Source: Desulfobacterales bacterium (lineage in GTDB: Bacteria > Desulfobacterota > Desulfobacteria > Desulfobacterales > SURF-7). From it: a stretch of 64,000 bases of DNA. The position numbers were made by a program, and so were the translations under genes. Below are positions 48,878 through 59,202 of this stretch, one piece after another. How positions within the stretch are numbered: the stretch's first letter is position 1; each line of letters starts with the position of its first letter. Where the stretch lies: the NCBI GenBank assembly GCA_028277765.1, contig JANQFQ010000028.1, positions 362 through 64,361 on the forward strand, given 5' to 3'. The notes under the pieces were generated by a model. That model made no database searches. It had not been told where the DNA came from and saw only the letters and a program-made list of their open reading frames with translations.

Positions 48878-49327
48878 ATGCCGCAAGTTGAATATAAAAA
48901 TATTGTAAACGCGCCAATGGACGCAGTCTGGTCCTATGTGAGCGTTATTGATAAATGGGCGCCTTTTCTTAAAGGTTATGTAAAGCATGAGGAGCTGAAC
49001 GACAAGGAGTCGATCTGGACCCTTAAAGGTGATGTGGGGGTGCTCTGTCGTGTGGTTGAAATGAAAGTAAACATTACGGACTGGGATGATGACGCGAAAA
49101 AAGTCGCTTTTGAAATCGAAGGGATCAATGAAAAAGCGACTGGTGGCGGCACATTCATCGCCGTGTCACAGTCAGACAATGAAACAGAACTCACATTTAT
49201 TCTTGAAATCAATGCCGGGGGGATGATCGGCCCGGTTGTCAATGTACTTATGAAACCGATGCTTAAGCCTGTGGCTGCTGAAATGGCTAATAAGATTAAA
49301 GATGCCATAGAGAAAGAACAGGCATAG
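48878..49327 (+). CDS. SRPBCC/CoxG (START-fold) ligand-binding protein
   Basis: VNAP...VW.YV....W...L.GY pattern, 149 aa. Confidence 0.8.
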   Translation: MPQVEYKNIVNAPMDAVWSYVSVIDKWAPFLKGYVKHEELNDKESIWTLKGDVGVLCRVVEMKVNITDWDDDAKKVAFEIEGINEKATGGGTFIAVSQSDNETELTFILEINAGGMIGPVVNVLMKPMLKPVAAEMANKIKDAIEKEQA

Positions 49328-49380
49328 TCACAGGTTTCTTATTAAGATTTTAATCAATTTTATAAAATAGGAGAGAGAGA

Positions 49381-50730
49381 ATGATACCCTTAATCGATTT
49401 TCAGGATCGTGTTCTAAACGGTCCGGTAAAAAAGTCTGATGAGTTTGACCTGGAATTTTCAATGAAACTCCGTGAGCTGGTTGAAAAGTACGACATCAAA
49501 TATAATCCTGAAGAATTGATCGTCGATGATGAAACTGCTGATGCTGTTTTTGATGCAGGGGTGGATTTGCTCGCAGAAATCGGAATTTATCACATGGATA
49601 CCCAGCGTGTGATCATGTTCAATAAGCAGGAGATCCTTGATGTTGCAGACGAGTATAAGGAGACGCCCAGCAAGGTGGTCTTCGGGCAGGGTGATGATGA
49701 AATGACCATCGCTTACAGAACAGGTGAAGATAAAACACCGCCGGTTTTATACTCAGGTGCGCCGGCTGTGGCGACAGAAGAGGACTTTATGCCTTATGTT
49801 CAGTCCTTTGCACAGGAGGAGACGGTCGCGGGTATGGGGATCATGCCCGGCCTCGCGAAACTCGGGGATATTGAACCAAAGGCCGGCACACTGAGCGAAA
49901 TTCATGTTGCCCTGTGGGAACAAGAGCAGCTCCAGGAAGTGTTGAGACGGGTCGGCAGACCGGGAATGAACATGGGCCTGCTGGCGACGGCAAGCGAACT
50001 GGGCGCGATATATGAATGCATCAAGCCCGGACGCCGTGAAACATGGAACACCCAAATTGGAATTCATATCATACCGGAGATGAAGCTTGATTGGGCAGCA
50101 CTTTTAAAAGCTCATTTTTGTCAGGACAGGGGTATTGCACCGTGGCAGAGCGCCATGTCGATGATCGGCGGCCTCTGCCGTGACGCTGCTGACGCGGCTG
50201 TCGGTATGATCGCGAATATGCTTGGACAGATCTGTTATGGACATGGACCGACATGTAGTGTCTTCCCTAATCACATGGACGGAAGCTGGGGTACTCTCGC
50301 CACACACTGGTGCGCAGGCGCTGCGCTCAGGGCATCAGAGCGAAATATCAAAGTGGCTACCGGAAGTTCGGTTTCAGGACCTTACCAGACATGGAGACAT
50401 CCTGTTTCGCTGCTGAATTCAGCGGCCATTGCTACCATTTACACGGCTTGCGGTTTCTCATACTCCTGGATTGCCGGACACACAGGGCTTGAGGCCCGTC
50501 TTATAGGCGAAGTAATGAAGGTTACCGCTGGTATGGACAAGGCCAAGGCAAATGAGCTTGCCCTTAAAATCCAGGCAAAGGTTGATGAACAGCTCCCGGG
50601 AATAACAGAACAGATCCCGTTTTTAGGAGCATATGATTATGACGGTAAGGAAACAAAACCAAAGCCTGAATATGAGGCTGGTATGATGAAAGTTAAGGAA
50701 GAACTGGCTGCTCTTGGGATGCCGTACTAA
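49381..50730 (+). CDS. MtmB-family substrate:corrinoid methyltransferase, non-pyrrolysine
   Basis: GP....EFD, KYDIKY.PE, AD.VF.AG..LL, GRPGM, E.K.D, GLE.R...EV; no in-frame TAG. Confidence 0.85.
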   Translation: MIPLIDFQDRVLNGPVKKSDEFDLEFSMKLRELVEKYDIKYNPEELIVDDETADAVFDAGVDLLAEIGIYHMDTQRVIMFNKQEILDVADEYKETPSKVVFGQGDDEMTIAYRTGEDKTPPVLYSGAPAVATEEDFMPYVQSFAQEETVAGMGIMPGLAKLGDIEPKAGTLSEIHVALWEQEQLQEVLRRVGRPGMNMGLLATASELGAIYECIKPGRRETWNTQIGIHIIPEMKLDWAALLKAHFCQDRGIAPWQSAMSMIGGLCRDAADAAVGMIANMLGQICYGHGPTCSVFPNHMDGSWGTLATHWCAGAALRASERNIKVATGSSVSGPYQTWRHPVSLLNSAAIATIYTACGFSYSWIAGHTGLEARLIGEVMKVTAGMDKAKANELALKIQAKVDEQLPGITEQIPFLGAYDYDGKETKPKPEYEAGMMKVKEELAALGMPY

Positions 50731-50784
50731 GTTTAAAATCAAAACTGGATCCCGCTTTTAGCGGGACTGGGGACTGAGTTGTGG

Positions 50785-50944
50785 AAATCCGAAGCACGAA
50801 ACACGAAACAATATTAAATGATCAAAATTATAATGACCAAAACAATTAGGATCCTTCAAAACAATTGACAAACAAAAAGTTTTGAGAATTTGTAAATTTA
50901 ATATTCGAATTTGTTTCGTGCTTCGATATTCGAATTTCGGATTT
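50785..50944. repeat. 7-mer inverted-arm element
   Basis: AAATCCGAAGCACGAAACACGAAAC... / ...GTTTCGTGCTTCGATATTCGAATTTCGGATTT. Confidence 0.8.
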
Positions 50945-51031
50945 ATTTTTCATAAGATTAAGCTAAAGAAAATCTACGATCAGATTTTCCTGAGAGAGAT
51001 AGATATTTTTGAATAATCAGAGGGAAGATTT

Positions 51032-52012
51032 ATGAAAATTCTATTGACGGGTGCGTTTGGCAACCTTGGTGCATTTACGCTGGAAATCCTTCTGGCTCAG
51101 GGGGGCCATGACATACTCTGTTTTGATATTCAAACACCACAAAATGTAAAAACAATGAAACGGCTTGCCAGCAAGGGGCGTTTTGAAACCTATTGGGGAA
51201 ATATATCAGATCCTGATATTATACCTGATTTAGTGGAGGGGAAAGATTGTATCCTTCATCTTGCCGGTATCATTCCTCCGCCAAGTGAGAAGTTTCCTGA
51301 CCTTGTGCAAAAGGTTAACGTGGAAGGGACGCAAAACCTGGTAAATGCCGCGGTAAAGCTGGAGAATAAGCCAAAATTTATTTTTACAAGTTCGGTTACC
51401 GTACATGGGAACATGTATTCTACGCCGCCGCCAAGGCATGCGGATGAACCTATAAAGGGCACTGATAATTATACTCATTCAAAGATAGCAGGAGAGAAAT
51501 TTATCAGGGAAAGCGGAGTCCCCTATACGATTTTACGGGTAGCAGCTGCGATGCCGCTGGATATGATGGAGCGGGATATAAAAACATCCATGACGCAATT
51601 GTTTGAGATTCCTTATGACCAGCGTATAGAAGCTATCCACCCACGGGATGTTGCTACAGGTATCGTGAATTCAATAACAGCAGATACGGTCGGCAAGATT
51701 CTGTACCTGGGGGGCGGCAAAGACTGCCAGATGTTGTACTGTGAATTTATTGAAAGACTGCTTGGGTCACTTGGGATGGGGATGCCGCCTAAATCCGCTT
51801 TCCGGCAACCGAAAGATAATAGCGAATACTGGTATACTGATTATATGGATACTGAGGAGTCGCAGAAACTCCTTAAATTTCAAAACAACAGTTTTGATGA
51901 TTTTCTCAAGGAGATGAATAAAGATTTTGGATGGAAGGGCTTTTTTACAAAGCTGTTCAACCCAATTATTGGGCGTTTTATTCTGAGGTATTCAGCGTAT
52001 TATAAACAATAA
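51032..52012 (+). CDS. Extended SDR (3beta-HSD-like), paralog of 44282..45289
   Basis: TGAFGNLG, YTHSK, shared YTD.MDTEESQ.LLK.Q. Confidence 0.85.
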   Translation: MKILLTGAFGNLGAFTLEILLAQGGHDILCFDIQTPQNVKTMKRLASKGRFETYWGNISDPDIIPDLVEGKDCILHLAGIIPPPSEKFPDLVQKVNVEGTQNLVNAAVKLENKPKFIFTSSVTVHGNMYSTPPPRHADEPIKGTDNYTHSKIAGEKFIRESGVPYTILRVAAAMPLDMMERDIKTSMTQLFEIPYDQRIEAIHPRDVATGIVNSITADTVGKILYLGGGKDCQMLYCEFIERLLGSLGMGMPPKSAFRQPKDNSEYWYTDYMDTEESQKLLKFQNNSFDDFLKEMNKDFGWKGFFTKLFNPIIGRFILRYSAYYKQ

Positions 52013-52064
52013 GCCGCCATGACGGAAATTAAAATAAATAATAAAAACATTTTTAGAGGTACAT

Positions 52065-52892
52065 ATGGAATATCAGCACAAACTACTATATATCGGTGAA
52101 TCACTTAATGCCAGCATCCCTAAAGTTAAAGAAGCTGTCACAACCCATGATGAGGATACGATAAAGGGACTGGCACAGCGCCAGGAAGAATGCGGCGCCC
52201 ATATGCTTGATGTGAATGCTGCAGTAACAGGTCAGAACGAAATCGAGGACCTTGTATGGATGGTTGAACTTGTACAGGACGTAACTGATCTGCCCCTGGT
52301 TTTAGACAGTTCAAACCCCGAGGCACTTCAGGCGGCGCTTAAAGTATATAAAGGTGAAAGGGCTATTATCAGTTCTGTTACCGGGGAATGGACTGAGGGG
52401 CATGAAAACCTACTCGCGCTCGCAGTTGAAAATAATTGCGGACTGGTAGCTATGAGCATGGATAAATCCGGCATATCGAATGATGCTGAGGAACGTTTTA
52501 AAGTTGCCGAAGAACTATTTGAACATACCACAAAGGCCGGTCTCAAACCGGAGAACCTGTATATTGACCCGCTGGTGATGACGATATCAGCGGATACAAA
52601 GGCTGGCGCTACTTTCCTGAACCTTATGACGATGCTGGATGAGCGCCTTCCGGATGCACGTAAGTTCTGCGGTGCGAGCAATGTCAGTTACGGCATGCCC
52701 CTCCGTAAACTAATCAACCATACGTTTATACCCATGATTGTTGCTCTTGGCATGGATGCGTTTCTTGTGAATGTGCGGGACCAGGGACTGATGGCTATTT
52801 TTCGCGCGTGTGCAACCCTTATCGGTCAGGATGAGTGGAGTATGGAATATATTACAGCGTTCAGGGAAGGGAAACTGGATGTGAAGAAGTAA
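52065..52892 (+). CDS. Methyltetrahydrofolate:corrinoid methyltransferase (pterin-binding TIM barrel, AcsE/MetH-like)
   Basis: IGESLNAS, LDVNA, LVLDSS, YIDPLV, GASNVSYGMP.R. Confidence 0.9.
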   Translation: MEYQHKLLYIGESLNASIPKVKEAVTTHDEDTIKGLAQRQEECGAHMLDVNAAVTGQNEIEDLVWMVELVQDVTDLPLVLDSSNPEALQAALKVYKGERAIISSVTGEWTEGHENLLALAVENNCGLVAMSMDKSGISNDAEERFKVAEELFEHTTKAGLKPENLYIDPLVMTISADTKAGATFLNLMTMLDERLPDARKFCGASNVSYGMPLRKLINHTFIPMIVALGMDAFLVNVRDQGLMAIFRACATLIGQDEWSMEYITAFREGKLDVKK

Positions 52893-53270
52893 AAAAAGTG
52901 CCTAAAGTGCCTAAAATGCGCTAAAGTGCCTAAAGTTGATGTATCGCTCCGCTCTACCTTTATAATTTCGTGGTCGTGATCAGCGAAGCGGTGGTCGTGG
53001 TTGATTATTTAAAGCAACATAATTATGGGGCTTTGCTTTCAGCTACGCCCTCACAAGTGGGCAAAATAATTAAATACAAATAGGCGTTTTGGAAATTTGA
53101 ACATTTGATATTCGAATTTGTTTCGAGTTTCGTGCTTCGGGTTTCGAATTTTAGTGTGTAGGGTGGGCTGTGCCCACCAAATTATCGAAATCGCTATCGA
53201 AATCGGAAAGACATGGGGCTTTGGACACAAAAATTGATGGAACCGAGCAATTCGATTTCGATCCCAATGA
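52893..53270. repeat. Mosaic of several repeat families
   Basis: 9-mer arm 52896-52957, 7-mer arm 53085-53151, GTAG-REP 53158-53178 (GGTGGGC-tgt-GCCCACC), ATCGAA 6-mer element 53183-53265. Confidence 0.75.
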
Positions 53271-53330
53271 AACCAAGTCACAATAAAAAAATATATACTT
53301 GTACCATCTTAATTTGCCTGGGGTAAATAC

Positions 53331-55289
53331 ATGGAGACGTATAAAATTCTGCTTGCGGATGATGATCCTGCCTTTCTTGGGAGCCTGAAAGAGGAGTTTG
53401 AAAGACACGGATTCACTGTGCACACTGCCAGCATGAAAAATGTTCTTAAACCCCTGGAAACAGAGATATATGACCTGGTTGTCGCGGCACCAGTGATGGA
53501 TGAAGCCGAGCGGTTTTCAATATTGAATACAATCAAGACGTTTGGGCCTGACATCCCGGTAATCATTATGGCGAACAATGCAAATATAGACACCGCGATT
53601 GAGGCATTCAGAAAGGGGGCGTGCGATTTTTACGTAAAACCGTGTGAACCAGAGGAGATTCGTGTAAGGGTGATGAGTGTCCTTAAAAACCGCAGAACTA
53701 TGCAACAGGAGAGGGATCAGAGCGGAAGTGAGGAAAAGTTCAGAACTATCTTTGAAAACGCGAATGATGAGATAGCGATTACGACAACGGACGGCACCTT
53801 TATTGAGGTGAACAGCAGGGTGGAGGATATCTTTGGTTATAAAAGAGAAGAGATTATAGGAAAGAATATCTATGATCTTAATGTTCTGAAAACAGAAGAC
53901 AGGGATCGGTCTGTCAAGCTTTTTGGGGATGTAACTAATGGAATAAACGTTCCGATTATGGAATTTGAGGCTTTCCGCAAGGACGGGAGCATCGTAGATG
54001 TTGAAGTCAATTCAAAGCTGATTGAAAAAGATGGTGTTAAAAGCGGTATTCTTCACATTATCAGGGATGTGAGTGACAGGAAACGGGCGGAAAAAAAGCT
54101 GAAGCAGAGCAGGGAAAATCTTGGCGCTATACTTGAAAATATTCCTGATATTATTTTTACTGTGGCGCCTGATGGGACATTTTTAACATTGAACAGGGCG
54201 CCGATGAAAGGTGTTACGGTTAATGAAGCCATTGGCACAAAGATATATGACTGGATGCCGCCTGAGCATGCAGCGGTAACAAGGAAAAACATTGATCGGG
54301 TGTTTAAGACCGGAAAGCCTGATACATATGAAGAGATAGGGCCGGGCCCTGACGGAGAATATAATGCGGTTTATCAGGCACGGGCTATCCCGATAAAAGA
54401 AGGAGATAACGTTGTCGCAGTGATGAATATCAGTACGGATGTTACTGAGAAACGGTATGCGGAAGAAAAATGGCTTCTTTTTATGAAGGCGGCGACTGAC
54501 AGTTTTACACTATATGATTCAGATCTTAACCTGGTGGAAGTAAACCAGGCTGCCCTTGAGATATTTCCCCCCGGAACTACCAAAAAAGATATTGCTGGAA
54601 AAAACCTGATGGAGATTGTGCCGGAGATTTACGGGACCGGCAGGTATGAGAAGTTCAAAGAGGTGATAGATACAGAAAAACCGTATGTTGAGGATGCGAT
54701 TGTACCGCCGGAATCCTTTGGCCATGACCGTTACTTGAAGATACGGGCATTTAAGGTGGGGGATGGCCTTGGAATCATCACAACCGATATCTCGGAACGG
54801 AAACAGGCTGAAAAGGAACTCCGCGCCCACAGGGACCATCTTGAGGAGCTTGTCAGGGAGAGAACCCTTAGCCTTGAGGAGACAAATACTGCCTTGGAAA
54901 TACTTCTGAAAAAAAGAGATAAAGACAAAAAGGATCTTGAAGAGAATATGCTCGTCAATGTAAAGGAGCTTATCCTCCCTTATCTGGACAAGCTGAGGGA
55001 GAGTCGGCTTGATGAACGACAGCGGGTGTTTGTGGAACTGCTTGAACATAACCTGAATGACATTATATCACCTTTTATTCGTGAACTCTCACTTGAATAC
55101 CTTAACCTTACACCGTCTGAGATCCAGTTGACCGATTATATCAAACAGGGTAAAACAACAAAAGAGATTGCCAACCTGCTCAATCTTGCCACAAGCACCA
55201 TCGATTTCCACAGGGATAATATACGGAAGAAACTTGGGATCAAAAACAAAAAAATTAACCTTAAAACCTATTTACTGTCACTGCAGTAA
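53331..55289 (+). CDS. REC-PAS(x3)-LuxR transcriptional regulator
   Basis: N-terminal REC, three PAS, LTPSE...GKTTKEIA...[10 protein letters not shown]. Confidence 0.92.
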   Translation: METYKILLADDDPAFLGSLKEEFERHGFTVHTASMKNVLKPLETEIYDLVVAAPVMDEAERFSILNTIKTFGPDIPVIIMANNANIDTAIEAFRKGACDFYVKPCEPEEIRVRVMSVLKNRRTMQQERDQSGSEEKFRTIFENANDEIAITTTDGTFIEVNSRVEDIFGYKREEIIGKNIYDLNVLKTEDRDRSVKLFGDVTNGINVPIMEFEAFRKDGSIVDVEVNSKLIEKDGVKSGILHIIRDVSDRKRAEKKLKQSRENLGAILENIPDIIFTVAPDGTFLTLNRAPMKGVTVNEAIGTKIYDWMPPEHAAVTRKNIDRVFKTGKPDTYEEIGPGPDGEYNAVYQARAIPIKEGDNVVAVMNISTDVTEKRYAEEKWLLFMKAATDSFTLYDSDLNLVEVNQAALEIFPPGTTKKDIAGKNLMEIVPEIYGTGRYEKFKEVIDTEKPYVEDAIVPPESFGHDRYLKIRAFKVGDGLGIITTDISERKQAEKELRAHRDHLEELVRERTLSLEETNTALEILLKKRDKDKKDLEENMLVNVKELILPYLDKLRESRLDERQRVFVELLEHNLNDIISPFIRELSLEYLNLTPSEIQLTDYIKQGKTTKEIANLLNLATSTIDFHRDNIRKKLGIKNKKINLKTYLLSLQ

Positions 55290-55555
55290 TTTTACAATAA
55301 TAATTATCGGTTTTTCCCCCATATATCCCCCCTAATATTCTCATGTTGCAATCATGATGATTTTACATTATGAAAACTATTTTAATATATTATACGATGT
55401 AATTACCTGTTTTGTTGATAAATATAAATAGTATATAAATTCAAAACATTACCCTTGCAGAGGGGTGAATATTTCTATCTGTTTCTTAAACTAAAGAAGC
55501 TTGCAATCAGCTTTACTGAAAAGAACAAAAGACGGTTATCCCCAGGGGAATACTC

Positions 55556-55930
55556 ATGGAAGAGATAAAAAAAGTAGAGCGCAGGCAAAATAAACGTTTT
55601 CAGGCAAATGAAGGTCTCTTTATCGTAACAGAGCCTTATACCTCTGTTCATGGAAGGATAATTGATATAAGCAAAGGGGGGCTTGCTTTTCAGTATATTG
55701 AAAGCAGGGACCGGCCGGATAAGCGTTTTAAATTAAGTATATTTTTAAAAAAACATGGATTTTTGATTGAAAATGTGAATGTAGAAACTGTTTCAGACAT
55801 TGAAATAACATATTTTTCTCAGATCACTTTTTTAAGTCTAAGGCGGTGTGGGGTTCGGTTTGTCGGACTGAAAAAGAAACAGGTTTTACAGCTTGAGAAT
55901 ATTATAGAATTCCATACAACCGAAGAATAA
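55556..55930 (+). CDS. PilZ-domain protein
   Basis: RRQNKR and DISKGG motifs. Confidence 0.88.
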   Translation: MEEIKKVERRQNKRFQANEGLFIVTEPYTSVHGRIIDISKGGLAFQYIESRDRPDKRFKLSIFLKKHGFLIENVNVETVSDIEITYFSQITFLSLRRCGVRFVGLKKKQVLQLENIIEFHTTEE

Positions 55931-56014
55931 AGATAATAGAAGTATAGTAAAAGCTAATATGACTTTTTTTAAATACTAGTGCGGGCGGGGACATTCCAAA
56001 AAGGAGGAATAAAA

Positions 56015-58105
56015 TTGAAAAAACTAAAAAAACTGCTTGAACCGCTTGATATTGCCGGGATCAAGTTTAAAAACCGTATGTTCAAAGCAGCATCCGGCTC
56101 CAGGATGTTTTTCGAGAATGACGGGTTTGTTAATGAAAGAGGGAAACGGTGGTATGAAGCCCTGGCCAAGGGGGGTGTCGGGTGTGTTATTGTTGAATCC
56201 CCTGCCATTGATGAGCCGTTAAGTCTTAAAAAACCTGGGGATTTCCGCCTTGATGATGACAAGTACATTCCGGGGATGAAGGACCTGGTTGATACCATTC
56301 ATAAGCATGACTGCCCAGCAATCCTGCAACTCTACCATGCAGGCCCATGGCACCAGAGAGAAGAATCCGGCCTGACACCGGTCTCTGCGTCGCCTCACGG
56401 CGAACCGGAATTCAAGGGACATGAAACACTCGCGCCGTGCGAGGAATTGACCATAGAAAAGATTAAAGAGATTGAGGAGCAGTTTATCAGCGCTGCAGTA
56501 AGAGGGAAAGAAGCTGGATTTGACGGTGTGGAGGTAAATGCCGGCGGTAATCACTTGCTGTCCACCTTTATGTCCCGGTATTGGAACTACAGGCATGATG
56601 AATACGGCTGTGACACCATGGAAAACCGGGCACGGATTGTTGTAAATATAATTGAAGGTATCAAAGAACGGTGTGGACAGGATTATCCTGTGCCGGTTCT
56701 TTTTAACGGACTTGAACTGGCTATGGGTGAGCTCGGGCAGACCATTGAAGAATCCCAGGATTTCACGAAAATATTTGAGGAGGCAGGTGCGGATGCTTTT
56801 CATATAAGGGTTTTTGAGCTTGATAACTGCGCGTGCTACTGGCCGGAGTTTAACTACTATCCCCAGGCAAGAAATCCTATGCCGGAGGGGATGGATTGGA
56901 GCCATAAGGGTGCAGGTTCATTTACCCCTGCTGCGTACGCTATTAAACAGGTGACATCAAAGCCGGTGCTTACAGTAGGTCGTTGGGACTACAGCCTTGA
57001 ATTCGCAGAGGAGAGTCTGGAAAAAGGGCATGTGGACGGCATCGGTTTGGTTAGGGGCCTTCAGGCGGATACAGAACTTCCAAACAAAATCGTTGAAGGG
57101 CGGATAGATGATATTGTGCCGTGTACGTCATGTATGACATGCATTGAAGGACACCAGTTCCCCATACCGCCTCCGATTAAATGCAGGATAAACGCGTTTC
57201 TAGGAACAGAGCTTGACTATTGGAGCTATCCTCCCATTGAGAAGAAAAAGAAAGTCTTGGTGGCAGGGGGTGGATCTGCCGGTCTTGAGGCTGCCAGGGT
57301 TGCTGCGATAAGGGGGCATGATGTAACCCTCTATTCACAGGACAGCTACCTAGGCGGCCTGATGAATATGGCTGCTGTTATCAAGGGCAACTATCCTGAA
57401 GATATGGAGAAGATAATAGATTACTATAAAATTCAGCTCAAGAAGCTGGGTGTAAAGATCAAGAAAGGTAAGGAAGTTACGCAAAAGGTTATTGAAAAGT
57501 TAAAACCAGATGTGTTGATTATCGCCACAGGCGGACATGCAACAGATTCGGTGCTTCCCGGCAGTGACAACAAGAAAGTGGTGGATGCCAATGTGCTCCG
57601 TTCCCAGCTTGGTCTTGCCCTAAAGGTGTCCAGTCCCAGCAAGTTGAGCAAAGCGACAAAATTATGGATGCCTATTGGCAAAAAAGTGGTAGTTATGGGC
57701 GGGGATATAAAAGGCGCTCAGCTTGCTGAGTTCCTGGTAAAAAGGGGGAAGCAAGTGACGATCGTCTGGGAAGGTGACCTGATGGCATTTGGTGACGGAA
57801 TGAACCTGATGAATGTTTACCTGCTTGGGCTCTGGCTTACGGAAAAAGGCGCAGTAATGATACCTGAAGTCAAATACGAGGAGATTAATGACGAGGGATT
57901 GGTGATTACAACACCGGACGGGAATAGACAGACCCTTGAAGCTGATTCTATTGTGCCGGTCCTACCGCTCAAGAAAAATGATGATCTTTATGATGCCGCA
58001 CAGGGAATGGTCCCGGAGATCTATAAAATCGGCGCCTGCAAGGATCCGAATGAACTGATCGTACACGCGGTTGCCGAAGGTGCTGAGGTGGCGTACGAGA
58101 TCTAA
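56015..58105 (+). CDS. Old yellow enzyme / 2,4-dienoyl-CoA-reductase-like Fe-S flavoenzyme (BaiCD/H architecture)
   Basis: KNR, AKGGVG, AGFDGVE, DEYG...ENRAR, CTSCMTC...C Fe-S motif, GGGSAGLE; GGAGG RBS before TTG 56015. Confidence 0.9.
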   Translation: MKKLKKLLEPLDIAGIKFKNRMFKAASGSRMFFENDGFVNERGKRWYEALAKGGVGCVIVESPAIDEPLSLKKPGDFRLDDDKYIPGMKDLVDTIHKHDCPAILQLYHAGPWHQREESGLTPVSASPHGEPEFKGHETLAPCEELTIEKIKEIEEQFISAAVRGKEAGFDGVEVNAGGNHLLSTFMSRYWNYRHDEYGCDTMENRARIVVNIIEGIKERCGQDYPVPVLFNGLELAMGELGQTIEESQDFTKIFEEAGADAFHIRVFELDNCACYWPEFNYYPQARNPMPEGMDWSHKGAGSFTPAAYAIKQVTSKPVLTVGRWDYSLEFAEESLEKGHVDGIGLVRGLQADTELPNKIVEGRIDDIVPCTSCMTCIEGHQFPIPPPIKCRINAFLGTELDYWSYPPIEKKKKVLVAGGGSAGLEAARVAAIRGHDVTLYSQDSYLGGLMNMAAVIKGNYPEDMEKIIDYYKIQLKKLGVKIKKGKEVTQKVIEKLKPDVLIIATGGHATDSVLPGSDNKKVVDANVLRSQLGLALKVSSPSKLSKATKLWMPIGKKVVVMGGDIKGAQLAEFLVKRGKQVTIVWEGDLMAFGDGMNLMNVYLLGLWLTEKGAVMIPEVKYEEINDEGLVITTPDGNRQTLEADSIVPVLPLKKNDDLYDAAQGMVPEIYKIGACKDPNELIVHAVAEGAEVAYEI

Positions 58106-58125
58106 ATAATAACGTATTGACAATA

Positions 58126-58153
58126 TCTGCCCCTGTTAAACAACAGGGGCAGA
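58126..58153 (+). terminator. Hairpin after the OYE gene
   Basis: TCTGCCCCTGTT-aaac-AACAGGGGCAGA; weak U-tract. Confidence 0.55.
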
Positions 58154-58186
58154 GTTGTCTGCGGACGCATGCACACTCGTAAGTGC

Positions 58187-58252
58187 AAAATCCGAAATCC
58201 GAATATCGAAGCACGAAACAAATCCGAACAACCTAAATTCAAATGTTCAAAA
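58187..58252. repeat. Single arm of the 7-mer element
   Basis: AAAATCCGAAATCCGAATATCGAAGCACGAAACAAATCCG...AATGTTCAAAAC. Confidence 0.75.
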
Positions 58253-58458
58253 CGATGCTGGAAACTGATCGAAGACGGAAACGGGCCCCTGCACTGCATA
58301 ACAGCATCTTAGAGAAAAGAGAAACAACATGCAGTCGCTTTGTCCCTGAACCTTAAATCTTAAAGCCTATACCCTTTACTATTCTTTCACCAATGCCATT
58401 CCAACTCATACGCGGAATATCTGTTTGTATGAAAAATTGAAGAGCCACAAAAAAAACC

Positions 58459-58487
58459 TTGACCTTAAATGAACGATCGTTTATTTT
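58459..58487 (+). promoter_or_regulatory. Sigma-70 promoter overlapped by a palindromic TetR operator
   Basis: TTGACC-17 bp-TATTTT; near-palindrome AAATGAACG-at-CGTTTATTT at 58467-58486. Confidence 0.65.
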
Positions 58488-58493
58488 AGACTT

Positions 58494-59066
58494 ATGAGAA
58501 CCAAGGATGATATTAAGCAGGAAGCTTTGTTTCAGGCGACAGTCAAACTGGTTAATGACATTGGATTTGTTTCCAGTTCAGTGGCTAAAATCGCGAAAGA
58601 GGCCGATGTTTCACCAGCAACCATCTATGTATATTATAAGAATAAAGAAGATCTGCTGGTGTCAACCTATATTGATATTAAGCAGAAGTTCAGCAAAGCG
58701 GTGCTGAAAAATTTTGGTGAGGATCTGCCCATCAGGGATGTCTTGAGAAATATATGGTACAGTATGTTTAGATACGCATCTAAGTTTCCGGAATATTTTA
58801 AGTTTACTGAACAATTCGCTGCTTCGCCATATGATTCGTTGGTCAATAAGGAAGAAGTTGAAAAGTATTTTGATCCCATGGTGAATTTGATGCAGATAGG
58901 GATTGAACAGAAGATTATTAAAGATGTAAATGTGGACCTGCTCATGGCATTCATGTTTTACCCGATCATGGGGCTTTCAAACGCGCGGTCGTGTAAGAAC
59001 TTTGAGATTAATGATGATAATATCGAGACCGCTTTTACAATGGCCTGGGATGCCATAAAGCTATAA
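58494..59066 (+). CDS. TetR/AcrR regulator
   Basis: IAKEADVSPATIYVYYKNKEDL HTH. Confidence 0.95.
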   Translation: MRTKDDIKQEALFQATVKLVNDIGFVSSSVAKIAKEADVSPATIYVYYKNKEDLLVSTYIDIKQKFSKAVLKNFGEDLPIRDVLRNIWYSMFRYASKFPEYFKFTEQFAASPYDSLVNKEEVEKYFDPMVNLMQIGIEQKIIKDVNVDLLMAFMFYPIMGLSNARSCKNFEINDDNIETAFTMAWDAIKL

Positions 59067-59202
59067 TTTTTTTGTATTAAAACTAAATGATTATTCATTT
59101 ATAAGGAGGCAATATTTTAAGTTTATTAGGAATTTTTTAAACTGAATTGCCTGGGACCAGCATCCCGGGAAACATATTAACATACATTAGGAGGGAATAA
59201 TT

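Noticed and set aside
49381-50730. True monomethylamine methyltransferase (mtmB)
   Set aside because: No amber codon at the Pyl site, and the neighbours are steroid-type enzymes rather than amine permeases or pyl genes.
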